Source: a virus. Taken from it: a stretch of 64,000 nt of DNA. The stretch spans positions 117,161 through 181,160 of the IMG/VR virus record IMGVR_UViG_3300050821_003907, one strand, 5' to 3'. The position numbers and the translations under genes are program-made. The notes beneath the pieces were generated by a model. It was not told the origin of the DNA, did not search any database, and saw only the letters and a list, made by a program, of their open reading frames with translations. Positions within the stretch are counted from its first letter, which is position 1. Every line of letters starts with the position of its first letter. Below, one piece after another: positions 47,336-58,900 of this stretch.

Positions 47336-47694
47336 TACGCAACCAACCTCAGATAGGTGTTAGTACTTGGCTTGGGATTCGCCTTAGTAGGCTTTGGCTT
47401 TACCTTCACTAGCTCTAGCTTTCCTAGGCCCACCAGTTCGGTAATGGTGTACTGCCAGGTTTTCGCCGCCCACTTACGACCGTCTGGTGGTGATGCGTGA
47501 TTAGACGCGAGATTAGCCGCTAGGTCAAGCGGTGCCCACTTCTCGCGGGTAGAGGCTAGAAGTGCCAGAATAGTCGCTCTACGGTCCTCGTTGTGCATCA
47601 TGTACCGCTCAGTTTTAGCCTGGTCACGCTCGTCCAGAACTTGAGTAAGTTCCTCGCGCACTACGCGCCGTAGTAGTTCCTCAGTCAGGTCCAC
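47335..47694 (-). CDS. putative winged-helix DNA-binding protein
   Basis: ILALL...DLAANL...TITELVGLGKL...YLRL layout; directly downstream of the GGTGTGC array. Confidence 0.5.
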   Translation of the reverse strand: MDLTEELLRRVVREELTQVLDERDQAKTERYMMHNEDRRATILALLASTREKWAPLDLAANLASNHASPPDGRKWAAKTWQYTITELVGLGKLELVKVKPKPTKANPKPSTNTYLRLVA

Positions 47695-47697
47695 AGG

Positions 47698-47817
47698 GGT
47701 GTGCTCCTAGGTGTGCCGGAAGGTGTGCTAAGGGGTGTGCTAACGTGCCAAGAGGTGTGCTAAACCTAGGTGTGTCACGGTAAAACCGCAGGTCAGGGGG
47801 TGTGCTAAGGGGTGTGC
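47698..47817. repeat. iteron-like GGTGTGC array (7 exact copies + variants)
   Basis: Copies at 47698, 47710, 47722, 47734, 47754, 47799, 47811; variants at ~47742 and 47769. Confidence 0.85.
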
Positions 47818-47896
47818 CAAACTGGAATAGCACAGTGAGGGTCCAGAAAGCGCTACAACCACTTCTACGTAAGGACTTTAGCTGTGCCAGTACATT

Positions 47897-48661
47897 TCAT
47901 TTGGTAACGTGTGGTAGGCTGTGTCGAGAGCTAGCCGGGGCAAGCCACGGCGGAACGCTCAAGACACAGACCACACACCAACACCCTAAAAGAATAACAC
48001 AGCACACCTGTAACAGGTAGAGACCAGTCTGGAAGGTGCTACCCGAATGAGGCTTGGCACCTAGCAGTTCCTTGCAGGCAGCAAGCTCACGGGTGACCGT
48101 TCCAAGCTGGTCCGCTAGCTGGGACACGATGGTCTCAAGGTCGGACTCTGCGGTGCTGCCGTCTGGCAGCTTGACGGTAATGGGGTAGCTCATGGCACTA
48201 GATTCCTTCCTGCTCATTCCATGCCCATCCTGGCACTGTCCGGCGTGAATTCAGTTCGCTCTTGCGCTGCCTGTCCTCAAGCCTTTCGACCTTTCGCCTG
48301 AGACCGGCAATCAGGTTCACGTAATAGATGGCGCTTCCCGCGAGTATGGCAATAGCAACATCGTCAGAGACATGCACGCCAAAGAAATGACGCATTAGCC
48401 AGAATCCGAACCACAGAATTCCGTACACGATGAGAAATGGAAAGCCTAGCATTAGCGGTCCCTTACCTCTCTGCTGGAATTCGAGCGCATTGGAGGAATG
48501 AGCGGGCGGTAATTAGTATTCATCCGGGTAATGAACATTTCCTCTGGCTCATCATCCCACTGAATTACCAGCTTGCCCTTCCACATTCGCATTTCGAAAC
48601 TCTGCATTACCGCCCGCTCCCTTTCTAGTAAGGCAGCTGGCAGTGTGGCAGCCGATAGCAA
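47897..48661 (-). other. three small CDS (47897-48193, 48198-48452 membrane, 48452-48661)
   Basis: Coupled ORFs, hydrophobic segments. Confidence 0.55.
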
Positions 48662-48782
48662 ATAGCGTGCTGGTTAGCCAGCAGGTGAGCGTAATCGTGG
48701 CCAATGGTAATTGCGAGCAAGACGCTGATGAGTATCAACGCGAAGCACATGAACCATGTGCTAAGAGCGAAGTTGTCAGCCA

Positions 48783-49334
48783 CTAGCTAACCCGCTCACT
48801 GACGGGCCGGTGGCCGTCGCGCTGAGCGCGCAGCGTGAACACGCTGGCAAGCCAGTCCGTGTCATGAGCATACTCGCGCATCATCTTCTGCGCAGTGGCA
48901 TGGTTGAAGTTGAACCGCGCGGCGAACGCTTCCACGGTAGCCTCTGGCACGACGAAACCAGCCGCTACGCCCCGGTAGGCTCGCTGAGCGGGGATAAGCG
49001 CGTCCGGCGCTAGCCCGCGAAGGAAACGGTTCATGATGCCGGACCACGTACGGTACTCAGCGATGACAGACCGCGCACGGGTAACCGTGTCGCTTTCCTC
49101 GTTGTCAGCGAACCGGCGCATGGCAGTGACGTACGTGCACGGCACGCCATACAGGTCCATTAGCTTTTCCATGTCAGCGCCGGGGATGTGGCTGGAACCA
49201 GGCGCACCGTACTCAAGATTGAGCTGACGACCCACCTTCCAGTAAATCTCAGCGCGCTGAGCGCGATTGCGGTTAAGCGTGTCCGCAAGAGACTGGTGAA
49301 CGTCAAGGTTAAGGACAGTCATGAGGTTTGGCAT
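48783..49334 (-). CDS. hypothetical protein, N-terminus resembling DUF1016/YhcG N-domain
   Basis: AEIYWKVGRQL...YG...MRRFA; weak similarity judged by eye. Confidence 0.5.
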   Translation of the reverse strand: MPNLMTVLNLDVHQSLADTLNRNRAQRAEIYWKVGRQLNLEYGAPGSSHIPGADMEKLMDLYGVPCTYVTAMRRFADNEESDTVTRARSVIAEYRTWSGIMNRFLRGLAPDALIPAQRAYRGVAAGFVVPEATVEAFAARFNFNHATAQKMMREYAHDTDWLASVFTLRAQRDGHRPVSERVS

Positions 49335-49447
49335 TGGTGTTACCCCTTAGAGCAGCGCGATGGAGATGACTAGAGTGATGAACCAGGTATTCCACGGGTG
49401 AACGGGAGGATTGTGGTGCGCCCACCAGATGATGAGCCACAGCAGAA

Positions 49448-49603
49448 TCACGCGGGCACCTCCTGATTGCACTTACGATTGGATTCCGCGCGGTTCAGAC
49501 CTGACAGGCGCGCACGAATGTAAGCCTCCGCACTAGCCGCGCGCCTGTTGTCGTATTTCATCTGCCATAGCGCGTCATTATCGGTCCAGTTCCACGTAGC
49601 CAT
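49448..49603 (-). CDS. hypothetical protein, 51 aa (not in ORF track), paralog of 35061..35357
   Basis: Hand-translated MATWNWTDNDALWQMK...YIRARLSGLNRAESN; TAATG coupling. Confidence 0.6.
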   Translation of the reverse strand: MATWNWTDNDALWQMKYDNRRAASAEAYIRARLSGLNRAESNRKCNQEVPA

Positions 49604-49962
49604 TAGCGCATCACCTTGATTGAGTACTCTCGCGTGTTGTTACCGCGCCGGATGTAGTCAAGCGCATCACCCACCATGTTGTAACCCGCAACGGGATGGT
49701 CTACACCTTCACGGTGCACGTGATAGGCAAAGCGGTCCCACGGGTCCGTGGTGGTTACTTCCGTGACGCGATGCGCGAACGTGTAGATGGGTGCTTCCCA
49801 CCCGTCCACCGAAACGTCGTATGAGCTGTACTCGTAATCGGTATCGTTGCGGCGCACACTGACGATGGTTCCCTCTTTGCCCACAAGCGCCATGCCTGGT
49901 GTCATGGGTGAGGTAACGAACCTGACGCGCGTCCCTGCCATTAGCAGCTTGCGAGTAGTCAT
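49603..49962 (-). CDS. hypothetical protein (SH3/KOW-like N-terminus)
   Basis: GTRVRFV...GKEGTIV...YDVSVDG. Confidence 0.6.
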   Translation of the reverse strand: MTTRKLLMAGTRVRFVTSPMTPGMALVGKEGTIVSVRRNDTDYEYSSYDVSVDGWEAPIYTFAHRVTEVTTTDPWDRFAYHVHREGVDHPVAGYNMVGDALDYIRRGNNTREYSIKVMR

Positions 49963-49964
49963 GA

Positions 49965-50231
49965 TTACCCTTCCGTAGGGTCCTTACCCGCCGCGAGGAT
50001 AACTCGCGCTAGCAGGTTATTCTGAAGCGCTTTCTTACCGCGCTCGGTTATCTCGCACACGGAATTGTCACCTCGGCCCGTGACCTTGATTAGCCCGCGT
50101 GCGGCTAGCATTGTCACGCTAGGGGAACCGCGTCCCCACGGATGTGCGGCGCGGCACAGCTGTGGCCTGCTCATTGGCCCGTCCTCTTCCAGTGCTGCCA
50201 GCGCGGCGCACTGTTTACTTCCTAGCCTCAT
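49965..50231 (-). CDS. winged-helix (MarR-like) protein
   Basis: ALAALEEDGPMSRPQL...LAARGLIKV...EITERG. Confidence 0.6.
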   Translation of the reverse strand: MRLGSKQCAALAALEEDGPMSRPQLCRAAHPWGRGSPSVTMLAARGLIKVTGRGDNSVCEITERGKKALQNNLLARVILAAGKDPTEG

Positions 50232-52061
50232 CCGTACCCTTCCCTAAGTCGGCGTGAGAGGTACTTGCGCGCGCTTTCCTTGCGCCACCGTGCAGTAGTG
50301 GAAGACTCCAGAGTGGAGAGTGCCTGACAGTCCGTCCAGTCCGGCTCAGGTGCTTCCGACACAGTGACGACTACAGGCCGCCCGGAATGGTTCTCGACGT
50401 AGATATATGGCGCGCTTCTCGAATCGAGAGATGAGCCATACGACGGGAGATTGTCATCCTTAACGAGTAGCAGGTTGCGCTTCTCATTGGGGTCGTACGT
50501 GCGTTGCTGAATAAAGTCAGGCACGATAGCGTCAGCGGACATTAGTCCCCCAATACGAATTCGATTCCGGCATCGCTTAGTGCGACCTGAATATCTACGC
50601 GATTAGCGGGCACGACGAACATTGGTTCCATGGCGGCCTTTAGCGCGTCCAGCTCGCACGTGATGTCATCGGCGTGACCCGAGATATCCTCGCCGCACTT
50701 GACGATTGACAATGCCAGTTCATTGCAGTAACCGATATCGGTATCGCCGGTTATGATTGCCTCTATGTTGTCGGCTATCTGCACAGCGTTCTCCGCGTGC
50801 TTGCGGATAGTGCGCAGGTTGCCCTGAATGGACTTTTGCAGTCCCGCAGCGTTCATGTCAGGCATCCGCCCACCGCCAATCGATTTCGGCGTCGTTAAGA
50901 GCGCTCACTACATCGTCCCTGCCAACAGGCACGATGACAGGACCGAGCACCTTTGCGCGCAGTTCGTCAACATGGCCAATGAGCTCATCACCCATAGATT
51001 CGATGCGGTTGCCAAAGGTCATCAGGTCGCGCGACCATGACTCAGCGGCTTCTACCTGAGTGAGGTTCATAGCCTCATGCGGGATGGATAGCTGATAGCG
51101 CAACTGCGCTACACGTGCCTGCACGTTGGCCGCATCGTTCTCAGCGCTCATCAGGTCCCGGAGTATCTTCTGTCGCAAGTCCATGTGTCCCCCTGTACGG
51201 CTCAGAATCGGCGCGTTACGCGCGGGCAGGTAGTTCCGGTGTGATGTGACGTAGCTGTTTCGGAACGCTGTTAGCGTTCGGCTACGGGACTGGCTAGTAC
51301 TTGAACGTGTAGTGCTGGCTTACCTTGAGTCCCATGTTCGTGCCCACTTGTAGAAGTGCATCGTTGTAAGCCTGCTTGTACAAGTTAGAGTGCTCGGCTG
51401 ACTGTGAGACGTCGTTGCTTAGTTCCGCTAGCGTGCTTGCCAGCGCTTCTAGCTGGTAATCAGCTGTGTCAGCGATGCTCATGTGTCCGTCCTAGCCTTT
51501 ACGTATAGCGCGGGAAGATTCCGGTAGCACTAAGCGCGACGACTCCGCATCTCAGCGGAGCTAGGCACGCGCTGAGCAGCGAGCTCAGCACGGGTGAGCG
51601 GTCCCTTGTAGCCGTTAGCGCGGCGGTCAACAGGCTTAGGCTGGGAGGGCACGCGCGGCTTGAACACATCACGCGGGGAAGGAATGACAGGCTTGGCAGC
51701 GGCCTTGACGAAACGTCCGGTCTTAGGGTCACGAATAGCCATTGTGATGTCCTTTCGGGTTACTTGATTCGGATTGCCAGCGCGTTAGGGTCCGGTGCCA
51801 CCATTACCCCATGTCGTCAGTAGCGTCAGCCATTAGCGCGGGTGTGCGCTTGTGAGTTTGCACCGTGAACAGCGTGGTACCGTCTGGCGCAATGGAGTGA
51901 AACGCAATCTCCGTAATGCCATTCTTGGTATTGATGAACGCATGTCCCTCATTGACCGCGCGGGTAATCGCGCCGCTGATGTCTCCCTTGTCGATAGCGA
52001 AGCGATACAGCGATTCTCGCAGAATGGTCTGTGTCCACATGCCAACGGGATACACGGTCAT
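50228..52061 (-). other. run of small CDS (50228-50542, 50542-50865 and 50858-51184 tandem paralogs, 51294-51482, 51530-51742, 51804-52061)
   Basis: Coupled ORFs; the paralogs share V(V)P..R.D...ALxDA.I. Confidence 0.6.
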
Positions 52062-52222
52062 TGACTAAGCCTCCGAAATGAGAAGTGAAACGACCCATGA
52101 CTTACTGCCGTCTTCTGTGGTTACCTCTAGGTTGCCATCCTCGCGGGTTTCAACCACGTACGGGAGTTGCCACGAATGCGAGTAGTCTGTTAGCAGGTCT
52201 TGAATGCGCTCTTGCAATTTGT

Positions 52223-52546
52223 TCATGCGCTCACCTTCACCTTGTCATCGGGGTTAAGAGTCGGCTCGTGATACTCGCCGGTGTAAGCGCGCATTAGCGC
52301 GGTGCCGTCCGGCGTGTAGCTGTCACTGTAGGACGGCTGCTTAATGCCGCGCTTGCGCGCGTAGTGAATGGCGTGGTCCAGTAGCTGAGTACCAATGCCC
52401 ATGCGGCGGTATCCGTGAGTGACGTAGACGAGCGTGACGTTGCCGTCCGCTTTCCACTCGATAAAGGCGACGGCATAGTCATCTTCCATCGCGAATACCT
52501 GGTGACGTTCACCATACGGCACGTACTCGAATTGCAGCCCGTCCAT
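52223..52546 (-). CDS. GNAT acetyltransferase
   Basis: VYVTHGYRRMGIGTQLL (acetyl-CoA-binding motif A); AAGGAG RBS. Confidence 0.8.
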   Translation of the reverse strand: MDGLQFEYVPYGERHQVFAMEDDYAVAFIEWKADGNVTLVYVTHGYRRMGIGTQLLDHAIHYARKRGIKQPSYSDSYTPDGTALMRAYTGEYHEPTLNPDDKVKVSA

Positions 52547-52554
52547 TGCTCTCC

Positions 52555-52899
52555 TTAAGCGTTGACTAGTTCGGGACTAGCGTGAATGTGGTAATAGGTT
52601 TGACTGTGAACGCGCGTGCGACTGGCTAGCAGGGATTCCGCATCGTGAATAGCAGCCTGCTTGGCAGCGCGTGCCTTAATGGCAGCGGCCTTTACCTTTC
52701 GCAGCGAAGAACGCGCGACGAATACCGTGACGACTGACGTGGTGATGAGACCGAATGCATGCACCCGAATGTCATACGGAATCCAAAGCGCTTGAATGGC
52801 CAGATTAACCCACCAGCCAATTCGTGCCTTGTGGTGACTGATTAGCCATAGGCTAATGCATCCCGAGATTGCAAGGATGAAAGAGATTGCGAGCAGCAC
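52555..52899 (-). CDS. small multi-pass membrane protein
   Basis: Three hydrophobic segments, GWWVNLAIQALWIPY. Confidence 0.65.
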   Translation of the reverse strand: MLLAISFILAISGCISLWLISHHKARIGWWVNLAIQALWIPYDIRVHAFGLITTSVVTVFVARSSLRKVKAAAIKARAAKQAAIHDAESLLASRTRVHSQTYYHIHASPELVNA

Positions 52900-52926
52900 T
52901 AAATTGTTCCCCCAAACGATTGGCTG

Positions 52927-55900
52927 CTAGTCGTCAATGTATTCCATGTCTGCCAGGGCATGGCTGGCACGCCCCATGACGTACTCCAGTGGCATCTCTT
53001 CCACGAACGGAAGCCGCATGCCTAGCGGGTCACAGACAACCTCTACAGGTGTGTCCGGAGTGAAGTTGAATACACCGCACAGGTCGATATGCACGTCGGT
53101 TGCATTGTCGCCATACGTTTCGGCATCATCGCTCACGGTGCCGACGAACACGTTAGTCCTGATTTCAGGCTTGCGCCCCGTACTGGGATGGTATTCGGTA
53201 ATGGTGTCCTGACAGAAGCGCACTACGTGCCCCTTGCGCAGGTTGCGCGCTGGCATGTTAGTACTGACGGCAGTCATCTCATGTGCGAACGGCATTACTT
53301 ACCCTCCTTGCATTCGTGCGTGAACGGGTTAGCCTCATGCCCGCAGTCGGGACAGTGAGAGATTTGCCAGTCAAGCAATTCGCGATAGCTAGCGAAGTTC
53401 ATTGTGCCCCTTAGCTGTGCGGGAACGGGATGTGCTCACCGGGTGAGACCGGATTGCCCACCTGATAGGCGAGGGTTTCGATTTCCTGGTAAAGCCGCAT
53501 GTGCTCGGCTGTTGACCAGTTGCGCTCTAGGAACTGAAACAGGTCTTCTGACATGGCTACCTCTCGGCTAGTGACTTCTCATTGGTGCGCTGCAAGAGAT
53601 AGCGTCCGTCGCCCGCTTCCCACGCGGTGTAACCGTTGCCTATGGCGCGGTGGCCACTTGCAAGGTCTGACGCGAATTGCCACGCGACGTTAGCGGGCAT
53701 GTCGCTCATTAGCCTGAATAGCTCTCGGCTACCGGTGATGGCGGTCATGTCTATGCCTAGCTCTGTCATCTGCGTAAGGTCTCCCGATTCTGAGTAAGGT
53801 GCGTAAGGCTAGACGTTATCGGCCCAACGTCGTTTGGGCTTAGGCGTCCGAGTGCGCGGCGGCGCGGCTAGTCCCTTAGCTCGCAGTTCCGCCAATTCCT
53901 CGCGGCGATTGCGCTCTAGCTCCAATTCTTCTGGAGTGCGCGTCTGCGGAGTGAATTCCCGGAACGTCAGGCCGCTAATGTCTAGCAGGGAATCGGCCGA
54001 CAATGCCAGGTTTTCGATAGTGTCGTTAGCGCGGGCTAGCGAAGCTGCTGTAGGGTTGTCCTTGGTAAGCGCACGATATACACGAACCTGGCCATTGTTA
54101 AGACGTTCGCGCCATGTGATGACGTCTTGGCTCACCTTAACGTGAGTAGCCTCATACTGCTCACGAATTGCATTCGCTAGTGTGCAGCGCGTTTCACTGC
54201 AAGGCTTGCTTAGTTCAATTGCGCGTGCCGTAAGGCGTAGGGTGCGGTTATCGGCCTTAATGTAAGACTTAGGATTGCTCATTTCGTTATCCCCCCGGAT
54301 TGCTTATCGATTATCGGTCATGCCAAGCATGCCAACCGCCCCACACAGCACAGCTAGCGCGTGCGTAGCCGCGTACGGTGGACTTGCAGCGCGGGCATGC
54401 TGCCGTGTCCGCGTCCAGATGGAACGCACCGGCCATCATCCAAACCAGTTCGTTCACGAGACCACCACACCGTAATGATTGGTGAACACGCACACGATGG
54501 CGATGAGCGCAATCGTGAATATGACGAATGCCAGGATGTCAATGTTCTGCACTAACCCCCACTTTCCAGTAGGTGACCGTGCACGGGGCACGCATGGCAA
54601 TACGGCGGGTTATACCCGTGACGCACGCAACAGCACATTGTCAGTCATCTTCCGCGATGACGGTAAGGTCGAACACCTTATCGTAGTACTCACTGGAGAT
54701 GTCGCCCGTACTGACGACTACCTTACCGCTCTTGCCTAGCGAGCTAGCGCGCGTGGCGTTAAGGAATGTGGCACTGTCGCCACGGAAATCGGTCACGACC
54801 TGGCCACGCTTGACGCGCTTGCCGTCACTGTTACGGATTGCGATTAGGGCCATTGTTGATTGCCTCTCAGTTAGAACGGGGGAACGTATGAAACCGCGTG
54901 GTCGTGCATCTGACGCGCGCCTAGCTCGTATGCCTCATTCAAGGCATTCGCGATGCGTTCTGCCTCATAGCGCGGGATGGCATTCTGGCCTAGTGTGTCC
55001 GTACTGACGCCAATGCAATCGACCGTGCGACTGCCGGGCCCGCGTGACGTATGACGCACGCAGAAACCTACACCGCTAGGGTGGCGCTGCACATACCACC
55101 AATGGTCGTGAGTGCTCACGCGATTTCCCCTCGCAGGTAGGCAACGATAGGCAGGAACGTGATAGCGCGCTTGCGACGGCGCACGCGCGGCTTGCTAGCA
55201 CGCTGTGCGGGCATGGGGTAGTGGCCATGGGTGTAGTTCCATGACGTTCCCTCATTCCAGTTTTCGGTTTCCGACACTAGCCGTTGCTCGGCTTCCGTGG
55301 CGTCCGGGGTTTCCCAGATGCTAGCGATAAGCGCGTTCACCTCATCAGGTGACCACGTGCGGCTTACCAGGCCAGTGAACTGCGCATCGACGTGAGTCTT
55401 TTCCATTGTTCCCCCTAGTGAATGTGCCGGACTGCGTGAGCGATTTCCACTAGCGCGATGACGCATGTCATTACGCTAACGATGCCTATGATGCTGCCTA
55501 TAACCGCTAGGCAATACAGGAAAGATATCTGGTTATCGTTCACAGTTACTCGATTCGCTCAATGGTGATTGGCTCACCAGGGCACAGCGCGTCAAGGATG
55601 TCGCCTAGCGCGTGCATTTCCTCGCGCATTTCATCTAGCCCGTACTCGTTTGTGATGACCTGGCCATTGCGCCACTTAGCGGTTTGCCTGAAACGCATTC
55701 GTCCCCCTATTGCGAATTGTCCAGTGCCACGTCTACCGTGCCCGCAATCTGGTCCTTGATGGACATGACTGCTAGCGTTACCGCGTGGTATTGTGCCCAC
55801 GCTATTTCCGGTATTGCGACACGGGAGATTACCTTACCGTTTACCTTTAGCTCGTACATAGCGGCCTTACAGTAGGCACAGAAGAATGAGGAAAAGCAGC

Positions 55901-58900
55901 CCGCACGCGAGAATGCCTGTCCACGTCGCACGGTTAGCGCTCTTTCGCTTGTTGCCTGCGATGCGCGTGCCCCGTGCGTGCATGTCTATAAGCCGTTGCT
56001 GTTGCGGCGTGTAGATGCTGCTCATTGTTCCCCCTAGATGTTCGTAGTGTGGAGTACGCGACTGTCGTCGCAGAGTTGAATGGTGACCGGTTCGGCGAAC
56101 ACTTCTGTGTGGCTAAGCGCGCGGATAGCATCGGTCACGGTAGCGTAATTGTCCCACGCGCGGGTGTAGTCCAGTGGAGCGCTGACGCTAGTCCCGTTCA
56201 CGTGTACTGTATAGGCCATTACCAATGCCCTTCGTTTTCGTCTTCCCACCATATCGCTACGATGTCCTGCCCGGTGCCCGCTAGGTGCGGGTACTCCGCA
56301 CAGTGCCGGAGTTGCGTGCAACCGTAAGAGCGGTACATGGCCCGGCACATTAGCTCACCCGCATCACCTTCTGGAATGCTATCGGCTAGCTCACCTATCA
56401 GGTAGCCAGCATCATCACGGTAGATAGCCAATGGTCACTTACCCTTCCGTGCGGAATGGTACCCACCGATGTACCCATCATCGTACCCGTCTAGGTATGG
56501 CGTCCTGTCGGGATTGTACACCCGCGCGGTATCGTGCTTGCCATCGCGGTAATCATCCCTCCCGTCTGTTTCGCCATCACGGACGCCCTGCTCATACTCT
56601 TCCGCATCGCGGTGTATTTGCTCCGCGTCGATTTCCTCTAGGTACGTGTAGTAGTCATAGCTGTAGTTACTCACTGGAATGTCTCCTAGTCTATTTCGTC
56701 CTTATAGAGTCGCGCTTGGTCCGCGCTGCACACAACGCTGTATGTCATGTCGCCGTTTACAGACCAGATATTGAACGTGCCACCTGTGGCCACCGATGCG
56801 GCTAGCTCACTGGCATTGCGGAGTATCGTAGTGCGGAGGAATTCCCGCATCTGGACAGTGCCCATGACAGGGGTGACCGCGTACCACGAACGTCCGTTCC
56901 ACCAAAAGATGTCACGTTCCATGGTGTCTTCCGCTTGCGTGTTGCGCTTCTCCGGTGCGTTGCACACTGTGCACATTAGCTTTCGTCTCCTGTCATGCAT
57001 GTCATGCACGGACATTGGCAACCCCTACCGGGGCAGTTGCTTGTTTCGTGGTCGCACATGTCTATGCGCCTAGCCGAGTGAGTGTGACTTGCGAAGTAGG
57101 TGACAGGTCGAATGTTCCGGCGTCCGTCTCAACGGTGCCGTGCGTCCATCGCGTCAGAACGCGCGCTGTGTCCCTGCGAGGATTGGGGTACAGTGCCACC
57201 ACGTCACCGGGTAGCAGAGCGCTAGCGTCCATTGTGACGCGCGGGAAGGGCACTCCGTTAGGGATGTCGTTTGGGTGGTCATCATGAGTGCTGTAGGTGA
57301 ACGTGAGCACTGTCATTGCTTCCCCCTAGTCGCGCGTTGCGCTTGCTACATGTGCTGTGTCCGTCCAGTGTGTATACGCGAACACACCGTCTAGGCTGCC
57401 ATAGCCGTCTACCGTCATGTTAGAGAGCATGACGTTGAATGCCTGGTCACTGCCAAGCAACTCCGTTAGTGTCCCGTACAGACGTACGCTCATCATGTTC
57501 CCCCCGAAACTCTTCCCTGGCAGTCTTCCACTGGAAAACGGCTAGGGCTATCGCGTCGATGATTGTGAGTTGCCTAGGCAAAATGCTCCGCAGCGAAATA
57601 CTCCGTAGTCTCCAGCGATTCGATTTCCGCTAGGGTGAATTCGTAGCCGCGTGCGTTAGCGGCGAACATGAGAAGTTCCGGCCACCGTGAACCGGCTTCC
57701 GTAACCGACGCGATGCATTGGCCGTCATCATCGATTAGGTTCACGGTTTCCCCGGTAGGGAACGGCACGCTCACGTAGTTGCGGATAGCGTTTGTGAAGT
57801 AAGGCTCACAGAATTCGATGGTAGGCATGTGATTGTCCCCTATCGGTTGTCTAGCTCTCGGATGATTGCGCGTAGCGCTGTGTCTATGTGCGTGTCGTTG
57901 CAGTACTCATACAGGTAGCATGTCATGAACCTAATGAGGTTCGCGCCGCGCGCTAGGTCCCACCGAAAGCGCTTCTCACTGAAATTCGCGCGGAAGCGAC
58001 TGACATGCTCGGATGATAGCGAATCAAGCGCTAGCGCCATGGCATCACGCATGTATTCGTAGTGCTCTGGCTTAACCTTCACTGTGATTCCCCTTGCATT
58101 GTTGAGTAGCGATACTCAGTAGGGCATTCCCTAGTCTCGGTTAGGCCACGGGGGAATGGCCACTAAGGAATGCCCGGCTCATTATCGCTACGCGAATTCG
58201 CGCTTAAGCGCTAGCACCGCATCGGTGACGCGCGTGCGATTCTCGGGAACGGTGTGCCCGGTCGCTTGGTCAATCGCCTTAACGCTCGATAGCGCTTGCG
58301 CGATGGTAATGATGTGCGTGGCACTCACTAGGTGAGTCTCGCCGTTTTCCAGCGTGACCAGGATGCCATTGAATTCAGATGCGGCGTAGCCATTGGCCAC
58401 CTTAAAGGTGTTGCCGTCATCATCGGTGAACGTGATGTGCTGTGGTGGTATCGTGGGAATGTTCACTAGGCAATGCCCCCCGCCGTGCGTAGCGCTTCCA
58501 TCTGCGTTTCGTGTACCGACATCTCACCTTCCGCAGCGTGACCGATGCGGCTTACCCAACCATCGTTGCTCTTGTACACCCAACCAAGCAAGCCACCATT
58601 GGCTAGCCGCACATCGGTGCAGTCCTTAACTAGTTCTTGGTCGGCCGTTACGGCTATCTGGCTAGCCGTGCCCTCATGACGGTACCCGATGATGACGTGA
58701 GTCATGTGCGCGTCTCCTGACTAAAGGTACGGGTTGTTGAGCATGCGGCGAACGTGAGCGTTGCCGTTGGCAGTCTTGCGCGCGGGCTCAGCGTAACCCT
58801 CTAGGTACGCTTCTGTTTCCGCCGCTAGGTGCTTCTCAGCATCGTACGGGGCACTCACAGCGAACGCTGCCACGGTGCTACTGTCGGCTTCCATCTGAGT

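Noticed and set aside
49504-49548. 10-bp inverted repeat ACAGGCGCGC/GCGCGCCTGT
   Set aside because: It lies inside the coupled 51-aa ORF 49448..49603, which has a paralog; best explained as coding sequence
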